Of a DNA stretch of 64,000 nt, positions 25,153 through 37,175 are shown in pieces. The notes beneath the pieces are model-generated. The model saw only the letters and a program-made list of their open reading frames with translations, was not told the origin of the DNA and did not search any database. This DNA is from Malacoraja senta (taxonomy: Eukaryota). Where the stretch lies: the NCBI GenBank assembly GCA_038087875.1, contig CM075989.1, positions 20,958,001 to 21,022,000 of the forward strand, given 5' to 3'. Every line of letters starts with the position of its first letter. Position 1 is the first letter of the stretch. The position numbers and the translations under genes are program-made.

Positions 25153-28067
25153 GGGGAAACGGAAAATCAAAATGTGACAGGAGGATTCAGAATGTGTGAA
25201 GATAAAGCTTTAGATGTAAAAGAGGCAAAAACAGAAAGGAAGGGTAGTAAAAATCATCTGAAAGTGCTGTATCTAAATGCACGGAGTATTCGAAATAAGA
25301 TAAATGAATTAACGGTGCAATTAAGTATATATAGTTATGATATCGTGGCCATTACGGAGACATGGCTGCAAGGGGATCAGGACTGGGAGTTAAATATAGA
25401 GGGGTACTCGACAATTAGAAAAAATAGACAGGAAAGAAAGGGAGGAGGGGTGGCCCTTTTAATAAGGGAGGGAATAACGGCAATAGAGAGGAAGGATATT
25501 GCGTTGAAGGATCAGGATAGTGAAACAGCTTGGGTACAGATAGAGAATAACAAGGGGAAAAAACACTAGTGGGTGTAATTTATAGACCTCCAAATAGCTG
25601 TGACGCTGTTAGTCAGAACATAAATCTGCAAATAGTTGACGCATGTAAAAAGGGAACTGCTGTAATCATGGGGGACTTCAATTTTCATATTAATTGGGCA
25701 AACCAAACTGGGCAGGGTAAACTAGAAGAAGAGTTTATAGAATGTATTAGAGACGGGTTCTTAGAACAGTATGTCACAGAACCGACAAGGGGGGAGGCAA
25801 TCTTGGATCTGGTCCTGTGTAATGAAGCAGGATTAATTAAAAATGTCATAGTTAGGGACTCGTTGGGAACAAGTGACCACAATATGGTCGAATTCCATAT
25901 TCAAATAGAAGGGGAGCAGGTTGAAACTCAGGCTAGGGTACTTAGTCTAAATAAGGGGGATTATGAAGGTATGAGGACTGAGCTGATCAAAGTTGATTGG
26001 GATAGCAGACTCAAGAATAAGACGGTACATGAGCAGTGGTGTACGTTTAAGGATCTACTGTATAACCTTCAAGAAAAATTTATTCCTATGAAGAAAAAAA
26101 GGGGTAAGGGTAAGAACAGTCAGCCATGGCTCAGTAAAACTATAAAGGATAGTATTCGGCTGAAGGCAAGGGCATATAAGGTAGCCAGAGATAGTGGGAG
26201 GGTAGAGGATTGGGAAGCATTTAAAGGTCAGCAAAAAATAACTAAGAGATTAATTAAGACGGGGAAAATAGACTATGAAAGGAATTTAGCGAACAACATA
26301 AAAACTAATAGTAAGAGTTTTTATAGCTATATAAAAAGAAAAAGGGTGGCTAAGGTGAACGTTGGTCCATTGGAGGGTGAGACTGGAGAGTTGTTGGTGG
26401 GGAACATGGAAATGGCAAAGGCATTAAACGAGTATTTTGTATCAGTCTTCACCATAGAAGACACAAAAAATATTCCAACGCTGGATAAACAGGGGGAGGT
26501 AGGAATGGAGGAGCTAAATACTATTAAGATCACCAAGGAGGTGGTATTAGGGAAATTAATGAGACTGAAGGAGGATAAATCCCCTGGGCCTGATGGATTA
26601 CATCCAAGGGTTTTGAGGGAGATAGCGGTGGGGATTGTGGATGCATTGGTGATAATTTTCCAAAACTCCCTGGAGGCAGGAACGGTCCCAGTGGATTGGA
26701 AATTGGCCAATGTAACACCTATATTTAAAAAAGGAAGTAAACAGAAGGCGGGTAACTATAGACCGGTTAGTCTAACATCGGTGGTGGGTAAAATGTTAGA
26801 GACAATTATTAAAGAAACACTAACGGGGCACTTGGATAGACATGACTTCATCGGACAGAACCAGCATGGTTTTGTGAAGGGGAAGTCCTGTTTAACGAAT
26901 CTGCTCGAATTCTTTGAGGAAGTAACAACCCGGGTGGATAAAGGGGAACCGGTGGATGTGGTATACTTGGACTTCCAAAAGGCTTTTGACAAGGTGCCAC
27001 ATAAGAGACTATTGCTAAAAATAAAAAATTATGGGATTGGGGGTAATATATTAGCATGGGTAGAGGATTGGCTAACAAATAGGAAGCAGAGAGTGGGGAT
27101 AAATGGTTCATATTCGGGATGGCAACCGGTAACTAGCGGGGTTCCGCAAGGGTCGGTGCTGGGACCCCAGTTGTTCACAATTTATATAAATGATTTGGAG
27201 GAGGGAACCAAGTGTAATATATCAAAATTTGCGGACGATACAAAAATGGGAAGAAAAGTAGGGGATGAGGAGGATAGGAAGAGTCTGCAAAAGGATATAG
27301 ATAAGCTAGGTGAGTGGGCAACAACTTGGCAGATGAAATTTAATACTAATAAATGTGAAGTCATTCACTTTGGGAAAAAAAATGATAGGGCAAGTTATTT
27401 TCTAAATGAGGAGGAGCTGCGCTGTAATGCAACGCAAAGGGATCTAGGGGTAGTAGTACATGAATCACTAAAAGTTAGTATGCAGGTGCAGCAAGCTATC
27501 AGGAAGGCCAATGGAGTTTTGGCCTTTATTGCTAGGGGGATTGAGTATAAAAACACGGAGGTCTTGCTGCAGCTGTACACAGTATTAGTGAGACCACATT
27601 TGGAATACTGTGTACAGTTCTGGGGTCCATACTTAAGAAAGGATGTACTGGCCCTGGAGGCAGTGCAGCGAAGGTTTACAAGATTAATTCCTGCAATGAG
27701 GGGATTGACATATGAGGAAAGGTTAAGTAGGCTGGAACTCTACTCTTTGGAGTTTAGAAGAATGAGAGGCGATCTCATTGAAACATATAAGATCGTGAGG
27801 GGCCTTGATCGGGTGGATGCACCGAGGATGTTCCCAATGATCGGGGAAACTAGAACTAGGGGACATAGTTGTAGAATAAGGGGGGGCTCTTTTAAAACTG
27901 AGATGAGGAAGAACTTCTTCACCCAGAGGGTGGTTAATTTATGGAATTCACTGCCCCAGGGAGCAGTGGAAGCAGAAACATTAAATATATTTAAGTCTAA
28001 AATAGATGGTTTTTTAGCTGCCAAGGGGATAAGGGGCTACGGGGAGAGGGCAGGGATATGGACCTAG
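25045..28067 (+). CDS. CR1 ORF2: APE-type endonuclease plus reverse transcriptase, one apparent frameshift at A6 run 25558-25563
   Basis: YLNARS, AITETWL, GGGVAL, YRPP, MGDFN, LDL, SDH (endonuclease) and FADD RT. Adding one A joins ORFs 25045..25569 and 25569..28067. True start codon uncertain (possibly ATG ~25192). Confidence 0.88.
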
Positions 28068-28402
28068 GTAGGGTTAGTATAGTAAGACCTGAGTGATCTC
28101 CTGGACAAGTGTCGATCGCCTGGATTGGGGTCGGAGAGGAATTTCCCGGATTTTTTTCCCGAATTGGACCTGGGTTTTTATCCGTTTTTTTGCCTTCCCC
28201 AGGAGATCACTCGGTTCTTGGGGTGGAGAGGGGTGATAGCGCTATAAAGTGGAGGGTAGTGTCTTGTGTTCTGTGTCTTGTGTCTACTGTTTGTGGGTGA
28301 GGGTGTTTGTTTGTTTGGTGTTCAGCCATGAGCGAATGGCGGTGCGGGCTCGATGGACCTGGTGGTCTGCTCTCGCACCTACTTTCTATGATTCTATGAT
28401 TC

Positions 28403-28566
28403 TAGCAGCCGACATCTTCAAGTGGCACAGCCAACAATTCCTGGTTTTAGTTGATTCCTACTCAGGATGGTTTGGAATCGAGCTGCTCCATAGCCCGACC
28501 TCAGCCATGGTCATTCAGAAACTAACTCATCACTTCTTTGTCCACGGAGCCCCCCTAACGCTGCTC
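28403..28566 (+). repeat. Right copy of the 164-bp direct repeat flanking CR1
   Basis: Identical by eye to 23613-23776. The Gypsy integrase frame continues after it. Confidence 0.95.
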
Positions 28567-29594
28567 TCAGATAATGGACCTCAGTTCACCAGTCAGCTCT
28601 TCAGGAATTTCGTGAAAAACGGGGACTTTCACCACATTACCGGTAGCCCCGAGTACCCGCAGTCCAACGGCCTGGCTGAGCACGCAGTAAAAAGTGCAAA
28701 GGAACTAATGGAACGCTCACACAGGGCCGGCTCTGATGTTTATCTCGACTTACTCAACCTTCGGAAAACATCTTCCGCGACCCTCTCCTGGGATCTGCAG
28801 CCGAACGGCTTATGTCACGGTGAACCCGCTCCACTCTGCCTATGGCCAAGCAACTACTGGAACCACAAGTTCGTGCGCTGTCAGTTATCCATTCCCGGCT
28901 CCAACGCCGCCGCAACATACAAAGACAATACTACGATAAAACCAGCTCTCCGCTTCAACCGCTCAACAAGGGACAGGTTGTCCGTTTGCGGTCACTCCGA
29001 GGTTACGACCGCCTCGGAGTCATTCTGGGGTCCACTGCGGAACCACGCTCGTACTTGGTCAGTATTGACAATGGCATTTATCGGCGAACCCGCCAACATC
29101 TCCTTCCAGTTAATGAACCCGCACCACCACGTCCCTACCTGGACCAGCCTGCCGGTCTTCCCTCACGCTCTGCGAATGCTGCTCCAGCGATTCTTCTACC
29201 GGTGCCAGTGCCATCCCTGCCTTCCCCGGTGTCCCAATCTCCACCGATGTCTTCTCCTCCACGTTCACCCGATAAGGGACTTGCTTCCCCAGCGAAGGAT
29301 GAGTTGTGTGCTGAGGGTTATTATCGTACAAGTGCAGGTCGCATCTGCAAGCCAAACCCGCTGATTACTGGCTATATCTGAACTGTGCATGACCTTTTTA
29401 GTTTTATGTGCTCTCATATGCAATAAAATAATAAATGTCGCACCTTATACTGGTGTTTCATATTTGCTCCACTAATCACTATATATGCTTTACTTGTTTA
29501 AGAGGAAGGATGTAGATTAACCCTTATTAATTCATGCCATTTATAACCTTCACTACACAAATACGCAAGCCACCCTTTACATGGTATTACAGTA

Positions 29595-29597
<3 letters not shown>

Positions 29598-29651
<54 letters not shown>

Positions 29652-29736
29652 CTCTCTCTCCCTCCTCCTCTCTCTCCCTCCCCCTCTCTCTCCCTCCCCC
29701 TCTCTCTCCCTCCCCCTCTCTCTCCCTCCCTCTCTC
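29598..29736. repeat. (CT)n / polypyrimidine microsatellite inside the Gypsy 3' LTR
   Basis: Directly visible. Confidence 0.95.
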
Positions 29737-29962
29737 GAGGGTACTAGTTGGTAAGTGAGACGCCAGCAGCAACTGACTGTTGAAATGCTCCAGTGTATTT
29801 GACGAAATAAAGTTGGACTTAATCATGAATTTGTTTTATTTATTGAGCCACCAATAAACTTAAACTAATGTGACAGGCACATTAGTTTAAGAAAGAACTG
29901 CAAATGCTGGAAACATCAAAGGTAGACAAAAATGCTGGAGAAACTCAGCGGATGAGGCTTTC

Positions 29963-30265
29963 TTAGTTTAATTTAGTTTGGTTTAGTTTAGAGATACAGC
30001 ATGGAAACAGGCCCTTTGGTCCACCAAGTCCTCGCCGACCAGCAGTTACCCGTACACTAGTTCTATTCTACACACTAGGGACAATTTACCTAACCCGATT
30101 AAACTGCAAACCTGCACGTCTTTGGAGTGTGGGAGGAAACCGGAGATCCTGGAGAAAACCCATGCAGGTCACGGGGAGAACGTACAAACTCCTCACAGGC
30201 AGCACCCATATTCGGGATCGAACATGGGTCTCTGGCGCAGTAAGGCAGCAACTCTACCGCTGCGC
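29963..30265 (-). mobile_element. HE1-like SINE
   Basis: Matches the other copies. Confidence 0.85.
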
Positions 30266-30921
30266 TATTTCTCTATTTTATCTCATGTGAAATTGTTGCA
30301 ATTGCAAAAAAAACGTGGCATTTATTTTTGGGGGGATGCAGGGGAGATTGGGGCAGGAGGCATGTACACCATTTTTCACACTTAAAACATTCATTTTACA
30401 ATATCAAAAATATTGGTGAAGTATGAAAACTTTCTCGCTCACCACACGATCTCTGTTAACTGACATCGACAAACCTCTTGTTTACATGGTCACTGCCATC
30501 CCTCCCTCTCATTTGCGTTGATTGCAAAATAATCACGAAAGCCCTGGCAACCACTTGGCAACTTCTCAGCGGATTAATAAATTCTGACCTGGAGACCTAT
30601 CCTAATGAGGGTCAAAACTCTTCCACTTCCACAGAACATCAATCTCTTTCACCATAAAAAGGACATATATTGATGCAGTTTCTCAGAAAAGAATGTAAAA
30701 AGATCAGGCATTTCCAACGAGCTTTTTATATTTTGGATTTCTAGCACCTGCATTTTTAGATTTCCATCAAAGATTATTTGGCTCGTCGAGGCTGACACAT
30801 GCAGGCATCCAGAATCTGAAGAAGGGTTCTGACCCAAAAACTCACCTATTCATTTTCTTCTGGGATGCTGCCTGACCTGCTGAGTTACTCCAACATTTTG
30901 TGTCTACATCCAGACAATGTC

Positions 30922-31130
30922 TGTAATGAGTAGAGTCGTACACACGCCAAGATACGACACATATTCATCAAAGTCCACTAACAGCATTGGTCTGCAGGAC
31001 ATTACAGTAACTAGCAGCAGCTACACAGACTGCCTTACGTAAACAAGATCTTGGTAATATAAATCGCACATTAGGAGGAGCAACTACTAACAAGCACTAC
31101 AATTGGTTAGTAGGAAATAACCAATCTACA
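30922..31130 (-). repeat. 3' LTR of the minus-strand Gypsy element
   Basis: Matches 36232-36429 (about 14 substitutions and one 11-bp indel by eye). Confidence 0.92.
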
Positions 31131-32122
31131 TCTATCCTTGTAGAAACAAAATAAAACATAGATACGTAGAAACATGGTGGCTAAACAATACAGCAGCCGA
31201 AACGTTAATAACGCATATGGGGAAGTATAAATGGTTACACAAAATCGCCGTATCTAATGGGCGGCCTACTGACCCGTCCGGCATGTGTGCAGTATGAATC
31301 CGCATCTCCTCCTTTCACCGGTGAAGTGACTGGGGAGGTGACAGGGGATGTGACCGGGGACGGCACCGAGACCCGGCGGTGAAGTAGGCGAGTGGGCGCC
31401 GAACGCCATGGAGAGGCCGCGGGGGTCACTGGTAGTGGAGCAGCCGGCCCGGTAGTGGGAGGGTATACACAACACGAGACCTCTAGATACGGAGTCGCAG
31501 GATGCGGTTCCTTCACAGGAAGGAGATGTTGACAGTTGCGTCTGTAAATGGGCCCGTCCGCGCTAACCAGGTAGGAGCGCGGTTCTTTGGCAGGGCTATG
31601 GATGTGACCCAGACGGCCATAGCCCTTGTTAGTCTGGGGGCGAACAACCTGTCCACTGGAGAGAGGTTTAAGAGGCTTACTGGACTTGTCGAAAAAACGT
31701 TTTTGTGCATCGCGCTTGAATTGTAGTTGTTTCTGGACTGCGGGCGGAGAACGGACCTGTGGCTGCAGAAGCTGCTGGGGTACAGGCAGGGCAGCACAGG
31801 TTTGACAAGACATCAGTCGTTGGGCTGGAGAACCCGGTATGGGATCCCTGGCAATGTTCCTTAAATTGAGCAGGTCCAGGTAGACATCAGATTTAGCAAG
31901 GTAAGAATGCTCCATCAGTTGTTTTGCGCTTCGGATGGCCCGTTGGACGAGTCCGTTGCACTGTGGAAACTCAGGGCTGCTGTTGATATGTAAAAGTCCC
32001 GTTGTTGTGCAAACTGTTTGAAAAGCTGGCTGGTGAACTGTCTGCCGTTGTTGGATAGAAGACGTGCAGGGGAACCGTGCACGGAGAAATGGCGTTGCAG
32101 CTTCTGGATAACTGCGTTAGAT

Positions 32123-32483
32123 AATAATAATAATAATAATGGATGGGATTTATATAGCGCCTTTCTAATACTCAAGGCGCTTTACATCGCATTATTCATT
32201 CACTCCTCAGTCACACTCGGTGGTGGTGAGCTACTTCTGTAGCCACAGCTGCCCTGGGGCAGACTGACGGAAGCGTGGCTGCTAATCTGCGCCTACGGCC
32301 CCTCCGACCACCACCAATCACTCACACACATTCACACACATTCACACACATTCACACGCAGGCAAAGGTGGGTGAAGTGTCTTGCCCAAGGACACAACGA
32401 CAGTATGCACTCCAAGCGGGATTCGAACCGGCTACCTTCCGGTTGCCAGCCGAACACTTAGCCCATTGCGCCATCTGTCGTCC
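32123..32483 (-). mobile_element. AFC/CORE-like tRNA-derived SINE with an L2-type tail, nested in Gypsy integrase
   Basis: A box TGGCGCAATGG, B box GGTTCGAATCC, GTGTCCTTGGGCAAGACACTT core, tail GTAAAGCGCCTTGAG..GGCGCTATATAAAT and (ATT)n. 5-bp TAGAT TSD. Confidence 0.85.
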
Positions 32484-33556
32484 TAGATGTGATGGTTTGG
32501 AGTAGATCAATGTCAAACCAGCCCGAATAAGAGTCGACAAGAACCAGATAGTGTTTCCCATGCCATTCGAATATGTCGGTGGTTACCGTGGACCACGGTA
32601 GAGGAGGAACCGTGTGAGGCAGTAAGGGCTGCTTCTGCTGGTGTGGCATCAGGCTTTTGCAGATGGTGCAGACTTCAGTTTTGTCACATATGTACTTGGT
32701 CATACCAGGCCAGTAAAACATGTTCTGTGCCCGTTGTAAGGTTGCCTCTACACCGGGGTGGCCCCTGTGGACGGCGTCGAAGTTCTTGTCCCGGAGGACA
32801 ACTGGGACAATTGCCTTGTGGCCCTTGACTGTAATCCTGTCCTGCATCACCAGTTCGTCGTGAACCAGGAAGTATGGGCGGATTGCGAGCGGGGTGCTGT
32901 GTTGTTTATCCAGCCATCCGTGCCGGATGACTGCGGACAGCAATTGTAAAGTCTCGTCAGCAGCCGTGTGCTCTGCCAGTCTGCTTAGGCAATCAGTAGG
33001 AACATATGATACCTTCATTACTGAGAACTGGTCCTGTTCAGAGAGTTATTGTTCGCTGGTTTTGCGTGGGGGCCCTCGATAGCGTGTCAGCTATGTGCAT
33101 GTCCTTGCCTTTTTGAGATCAAATGTTAAAATCAAACCGCTGCAGCTGCATCATCGTCATCCGTTGCAGGCGAGCCGGAGCAGCGTGAATGGGTTTATTC
33201 AAGATGGTGACCAGTTGGTCAAGATGGTGACCGGCGGCTGGTGGTCAGTTTCTATAATCACAGACTTCCCAAAATTTCGTGCAGGCGAAAACCACTGCAA
33301 GCAATTCTTTTTCAATCTGGGCGTCACGTTGTTCAGCATCAGTTAGTGTGCGAGAGGCGTATGGAACAGGCTTGCTGTCGCCATCGGCAGTGGTCTGCAG
33401 GCACGCAGCGCCAAGTCCGTACTGGGACGCATCGCATGTGAGCGTTACGGGTAACTCCAAAGCGAAATAGGCGAGGGTAGATGCGCTGGCCAGCTGCAAC
33501 TTAAGGATATCAGAAACTCTTTAGTACTAAGGATACCAGGCCCATGCAGTGTCTTT

Positions 33557-33993
33557 GATTGATTTGATTATACCTTTAATAATCCTTTGCAGGAAATTAC
33601 AGTGCCACGACAGCTTCAAGACAGACATAACACCACACATTTCCTCAAATAGCTTCCATACTTAACAAGTTAAAATACAAGTTAAAATACAAGTTAAAAT
33701 ACAATTAATGAAAAAAAAAAAAGTGCAGTTATTTATGCGCATTATATAACCTTATAGCAGCTGGTAAACAGGACTTCCTATGTCTCTCAGTTTTGCACAT
33801 TGGTGCAATCAGTCTCTGACTGAAGATGCTGCTCTTGATCACCTTCAGGGCATGGAGTGGGTGAGTGGGGTTGGTCATTATAGAACCCAGTTTGTTGAGA
33901 GTTCTGGCCTCTGCCACCTGCTGGACCGTTCGTTGCTCAGCCCCGCCCACTGAGCCGGCCTTCCTGATCAGCTTGTCCAGCCTGTTTTTGTCC
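33557..33993 (-). mobile_element. Rex1/Babar-like LINE 3' end nested in Gypsy pol
   Basis: HPLH...CKTERHRKSCLPAAIRLYN. Splits the Gypsy PLRELTH/KDTAW sequence. Confidence 0.82.
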
Positions 33994-36216
33994 GTGTGTC
34001 AGTTCCCGCAGGGGGGCAGATATATCGCTGAGGTTGGGAATAGATTTCCCCAGGTAGTTGACCATTCCAAGGAACCTTTGTGGAGTCATAATGTCAGTAG
34101 GAGCCGGCATTTCGTTGATAGCAGCGTTCTTCGATGGGTCTGATCTGAGACCATCACTTGTGAAAATATGTTTGACGTAGGTAACTTCCAGGACCCGAAA
34201 CTTGCACTTCAGGAGATTGAGTTTGAGCTGAATGTCTTTGGCACGTCCAGCACTTTCTTCAGATTAGCGTCATGCTCAGCCAAATCGCGCCCATAGACGA
34301 GAATGTCATCAACAATAATGGCACATGGATACCCCGCAAACAGTTGTTCCATCGTGCGCTGGAAAACCTCGCTGGCAGAGTTGATGCCAAAGGGCATTCT
34401 CAGGAATTTGTAACGGCCGAAAAGGGTGCCGAACGTAGTAAGGTTGGACGAGTCTGGGTCCAGCAGAATCTGCCAAAATGAACTTTTGGCAACCAGAACA
34501 GAGAACACTGATGCATTGCATATTTGTGCAGCAACTTCCTCTACCGTTCGCATAGGGTAGTGTGGGTGTTTGATAGCTGTGCTGAGATCGTTGGGGTTTA
34601 TGCAGATATGGTTTCCTCCTTGTTCTTCTTCGTTGTAACCACCATGGTGGAAACCCAGTCAGATGGGTCAGTAACTTCAGCAATGACACCCAGGGAGACT
34701 GAGCTCATTGTGTACTCTGTCACGCATGGCATGCGGAACACGATGTGGTGCTCGAACCACAGAAGTGACTTTGGGATCAACGGCGATGTTGTACTTGAGG
34801 GGCAGCTTGCCAAGCTCATTGTTAAATAGTTCTCTGTATTGAGAGAGTATTTGCTGAGTGGAGCCCACAGCGAGAAAGAGTTGATGGACATCGCGGCCAA
34901 AGTAGGCCAGGCCTAGATCGTGGCATGCATTGATACCAAGCAGAGTTTCAGAATCCCCCTTGACAATATAAAACTTTAGGGTATGAGACTGCGACTCTAT
35001 GTCGCAGTTTAAATCAGTTTGTTCAAGTGGGTGTAGAACATCACCCCCCGTAGGCCCGAAGCGTGGCTGAGGCCTTATCAACATGCTCAGCATTATGTTT
35101 TTTTTTAAACTCAGATAACGAGATGACATCGCATTTCGCTCCGGTATCAATCTTTGCGATCACAGGCTTATTATTCACAAAAATGGTTAGCTCAGGGTTA
35201 AGTTGCTCGTTAGAGGAAGGGAGCAGAGAGTGGATGGCTGAACTGTTATCTTCACTTTCAGAGAGCTGAGCGGAGGATGGCACCTCAAACTCTCGGCTTT
35301 CATTATCAGCAAACTCATGTTATGACAGGTGCAAACTCGGCCTTGGGATGGATTGAGTCACACAGGAATGGTAACATTTTGCAAAGTAGTTGAATTTCTT
35401 GCAGAAATAGCAAATTTTACCATAAGCAATACAGAACCTGACCCGGAACATGAGAATAGTTACAATTAGGACATCGAGCAGCAGACCTTCTCTGCTGCCA
35501 GGCTGGGGAAGGCTGCGAATGCTTGTTATGACAGGAGGTCTCTATAAGGTTGACACTAGGGAGCGCTGGCCAGAGATCACAGACTTAGTGTGAGAAACCA
35601 TTATCTCAGCAATCCAACAGGCGTGTTTGGCTTGATTAAGAGTCAGTTCAGAGTTACAAAGTAATTTGTCTCTCACCTTGTCACTGAGCATACCTCCATC
35701 GAGTTTGTCGCAGATCAGTTCATCGCATAAATATCGAAAATGACAGCGCGCAGCCATGTGTTTTAAGTCGCTGATAAAGCACTCTAATGGCTCGCCAACT
35801 TGTTGCTTACAAGCAAAAAAACTTGTTACGTTCGATAATAGAGTTTGAGGGGAGGTCATATGTCTAAACTTTGCAAGTAGGACAGCAGGGTCATTAATCG
35901 TTTCTGCAGGCACTTGGATCTGACCGTTTGCGTCTGAAACAGCAGGCTCAAAAGTAAAACGGTCCGCACGTTTCATTACCTCGGGACCAGCCAGGTTTAG
36001 GAACACAAAACCACGTACATCTGGAGGATCGTTGCTATGGACGATGCAAATGTAGTGAATGTAGTTGTGCTCGAAAAGGCTTCATCGTTCAACAATGTCA
36101 GAGTCAAAGATCAGAGGACTAGGACGGCGAGACGAGCTTGCCATGATAGAGATAACAGGCACATAAAACAAATATAAAAATAGAACCCGATAAACGTGAA
36201 CGGAGTAGGTAAGACT

Positions 36217-36231
36217 CACTTCTTGACACCA
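36217..36231 (-). promoter_or_regulatory. Primer-binding site, tRNA-Leu type
   Basis: TGGTGTCAAGAAGTG directly after the 5' LTR. Complementary, with one extra base, to the vertebrate tRNA-Leu 3' end CACTTCTGACACCA. Confidence 0.75.
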
Positions 36232-36429
36232 TGTAATGAGTCGAGTCGTACACACGTCAAGATACAAGACATATTTATTAAAGTTCACTTACAGCATTGG
36301 TGTGCAGGACATTACAGTAGCTAGCAGACTGCCTTACGTAAACAAGATCTTGGTAATATAAATTGCATATTAGGCGGAGCAACTACTAACAACCACTACA
36401 ATTGGTTAGTAGGAAATAACCAATCTACA
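36232..36429 (-). repeat. 5' LTR of the minus-strand Gypsy element
   Basis: TGTAGA...ATTACA on the minus strand. Matches 30922-31130. Confidence 0.92.
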
Positions 36430-36480
36430 GTGACCTTAAGAAGCAGGGTGTCCTTTCTGACAGAAAGTAGAATTTCTTCT

Positions 36481-36796
36481 GTTTAGTTTAGTTTAGTTTA
36501 GAGATACGGCGCGGAAACAGGCCCTTCGGCCCACCGGGTCTGCGCCGACCTGCGATCCCCGCACATTAACACTATCCTACACCCACTAGGGATAATTTTA
36601 ACATTTACCAAGCCAATTAACCTACAAACCTGAACGTCTTTGGAGTGTGGGAGGAAACTGAAGATCTTGGAGCAAAGCCACGGGGAGAACGTACAAACTC
36701 CGTACAGACAACATCCGTAGTCGGGATCGAACCCGGTCTCCGGCGCTGCATTTGCTGTAAGGCAGCAATTCTACCGCTGCGCCACCATGACCGCCC
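36481..36796 (-). mobile_element. HE1-like SINE
   Basis: Matches the other copies. Confidence 0.88.
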
Positions 36797-36929
36797 TATC
36801 GGGTGGTCAGTACCCATGATGGTCACCCATCTTATCCACGAGTTCAGAACAAAAGTGTCAGTTTGCCTTTCTGATGGATTTATCGAGATTATAGCCAGAC
36901 TTCCTTTGTAAACCTGCATCACTGACACT

Positions 36930-37175
36930 CTCTTCACCCAGAGTGCTGTGAATGTGGAATTCTCTGCCACAGAAGGCAGTGGAGGCCAATTCCCTGGATG
37001 TTTTCAAGAGACAGTTAGATTTAGCTCTTAGGGCGAACGAAATCAAGAGATATGGGGAGAAAGCAGGAACGGGGTACTGATTCTGGATGATCAGCCATGA
37101 TCATATTGAATGGTGGTGCTGGCTCGAAGGGCTGAATGGCCTACTCCTGCACCTGTTTTCTATGTTTCTATGTAT
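36930..37175 (+). mobile_element. CR1 3' end fragment
   Basis: End of ORF2 plus 3' UTR with a (TTCTATG)-type tail. Confidence 0.85.

Larger units (their letters stand above)
23777..28402 (+). mobile_element. Full-length CR1 LINE
   Basis: GC-rich 5' UTR, ORF1, ORF2, 3' UTR ending in an ATTCTATG-type repeat tail. Confidence 0.95.
22670..29874 (+). mobile_element. Decayed Gypsy (Mag-like) LTR retrotransposon, internally deleted, interrupted by CR1
   Basis: Frameshifted RNase H (KPVAFAS..TDTEQRYSQIE) and integrase (HGGHP..CPIC, LVDSYSGW, SDNGPQF, PQSNGLAE). Polypurine tract AGAGGAAGGA before a 3' LTR starting TGTAGA at 29511. Right boundary uncertain. Confidence 0.88.
30922..36429 (-). mobile_element. 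Near-complete, decayed Gypsy (Mag-like) LTR retrotransposon
   Basis: Two TG..CA LTRs and a PBS. Gag with two Cys/His arrays, protease KIDTGA, RT (SSFWQI, IVDDILVYG), RNase H (CDASQYGLGA, QIEKELLA), integrase (HRGHPG, LVDSYSGW). Many frameshifts. Confidence 0.93.

Noticed and set aside
28249..29364. 371-aa ORF as a novel chimeric gene
   Set aside because: Runs from the CR1 3' UTR into Gypsy integrase and then out of frame after a frameshift at ~28770. No evidence of function.
29587..29826. 79-aa Glu/Arg-rich ORF
   Set aside because: Translation of the (CT)n microsatellite.
30917..36434. 5-bp TSD of the minus-strand Gypsy element (ATGTC / GTGAC)
   Set aside because: Only 3 of 5 bases match, so it cannot be asserted.
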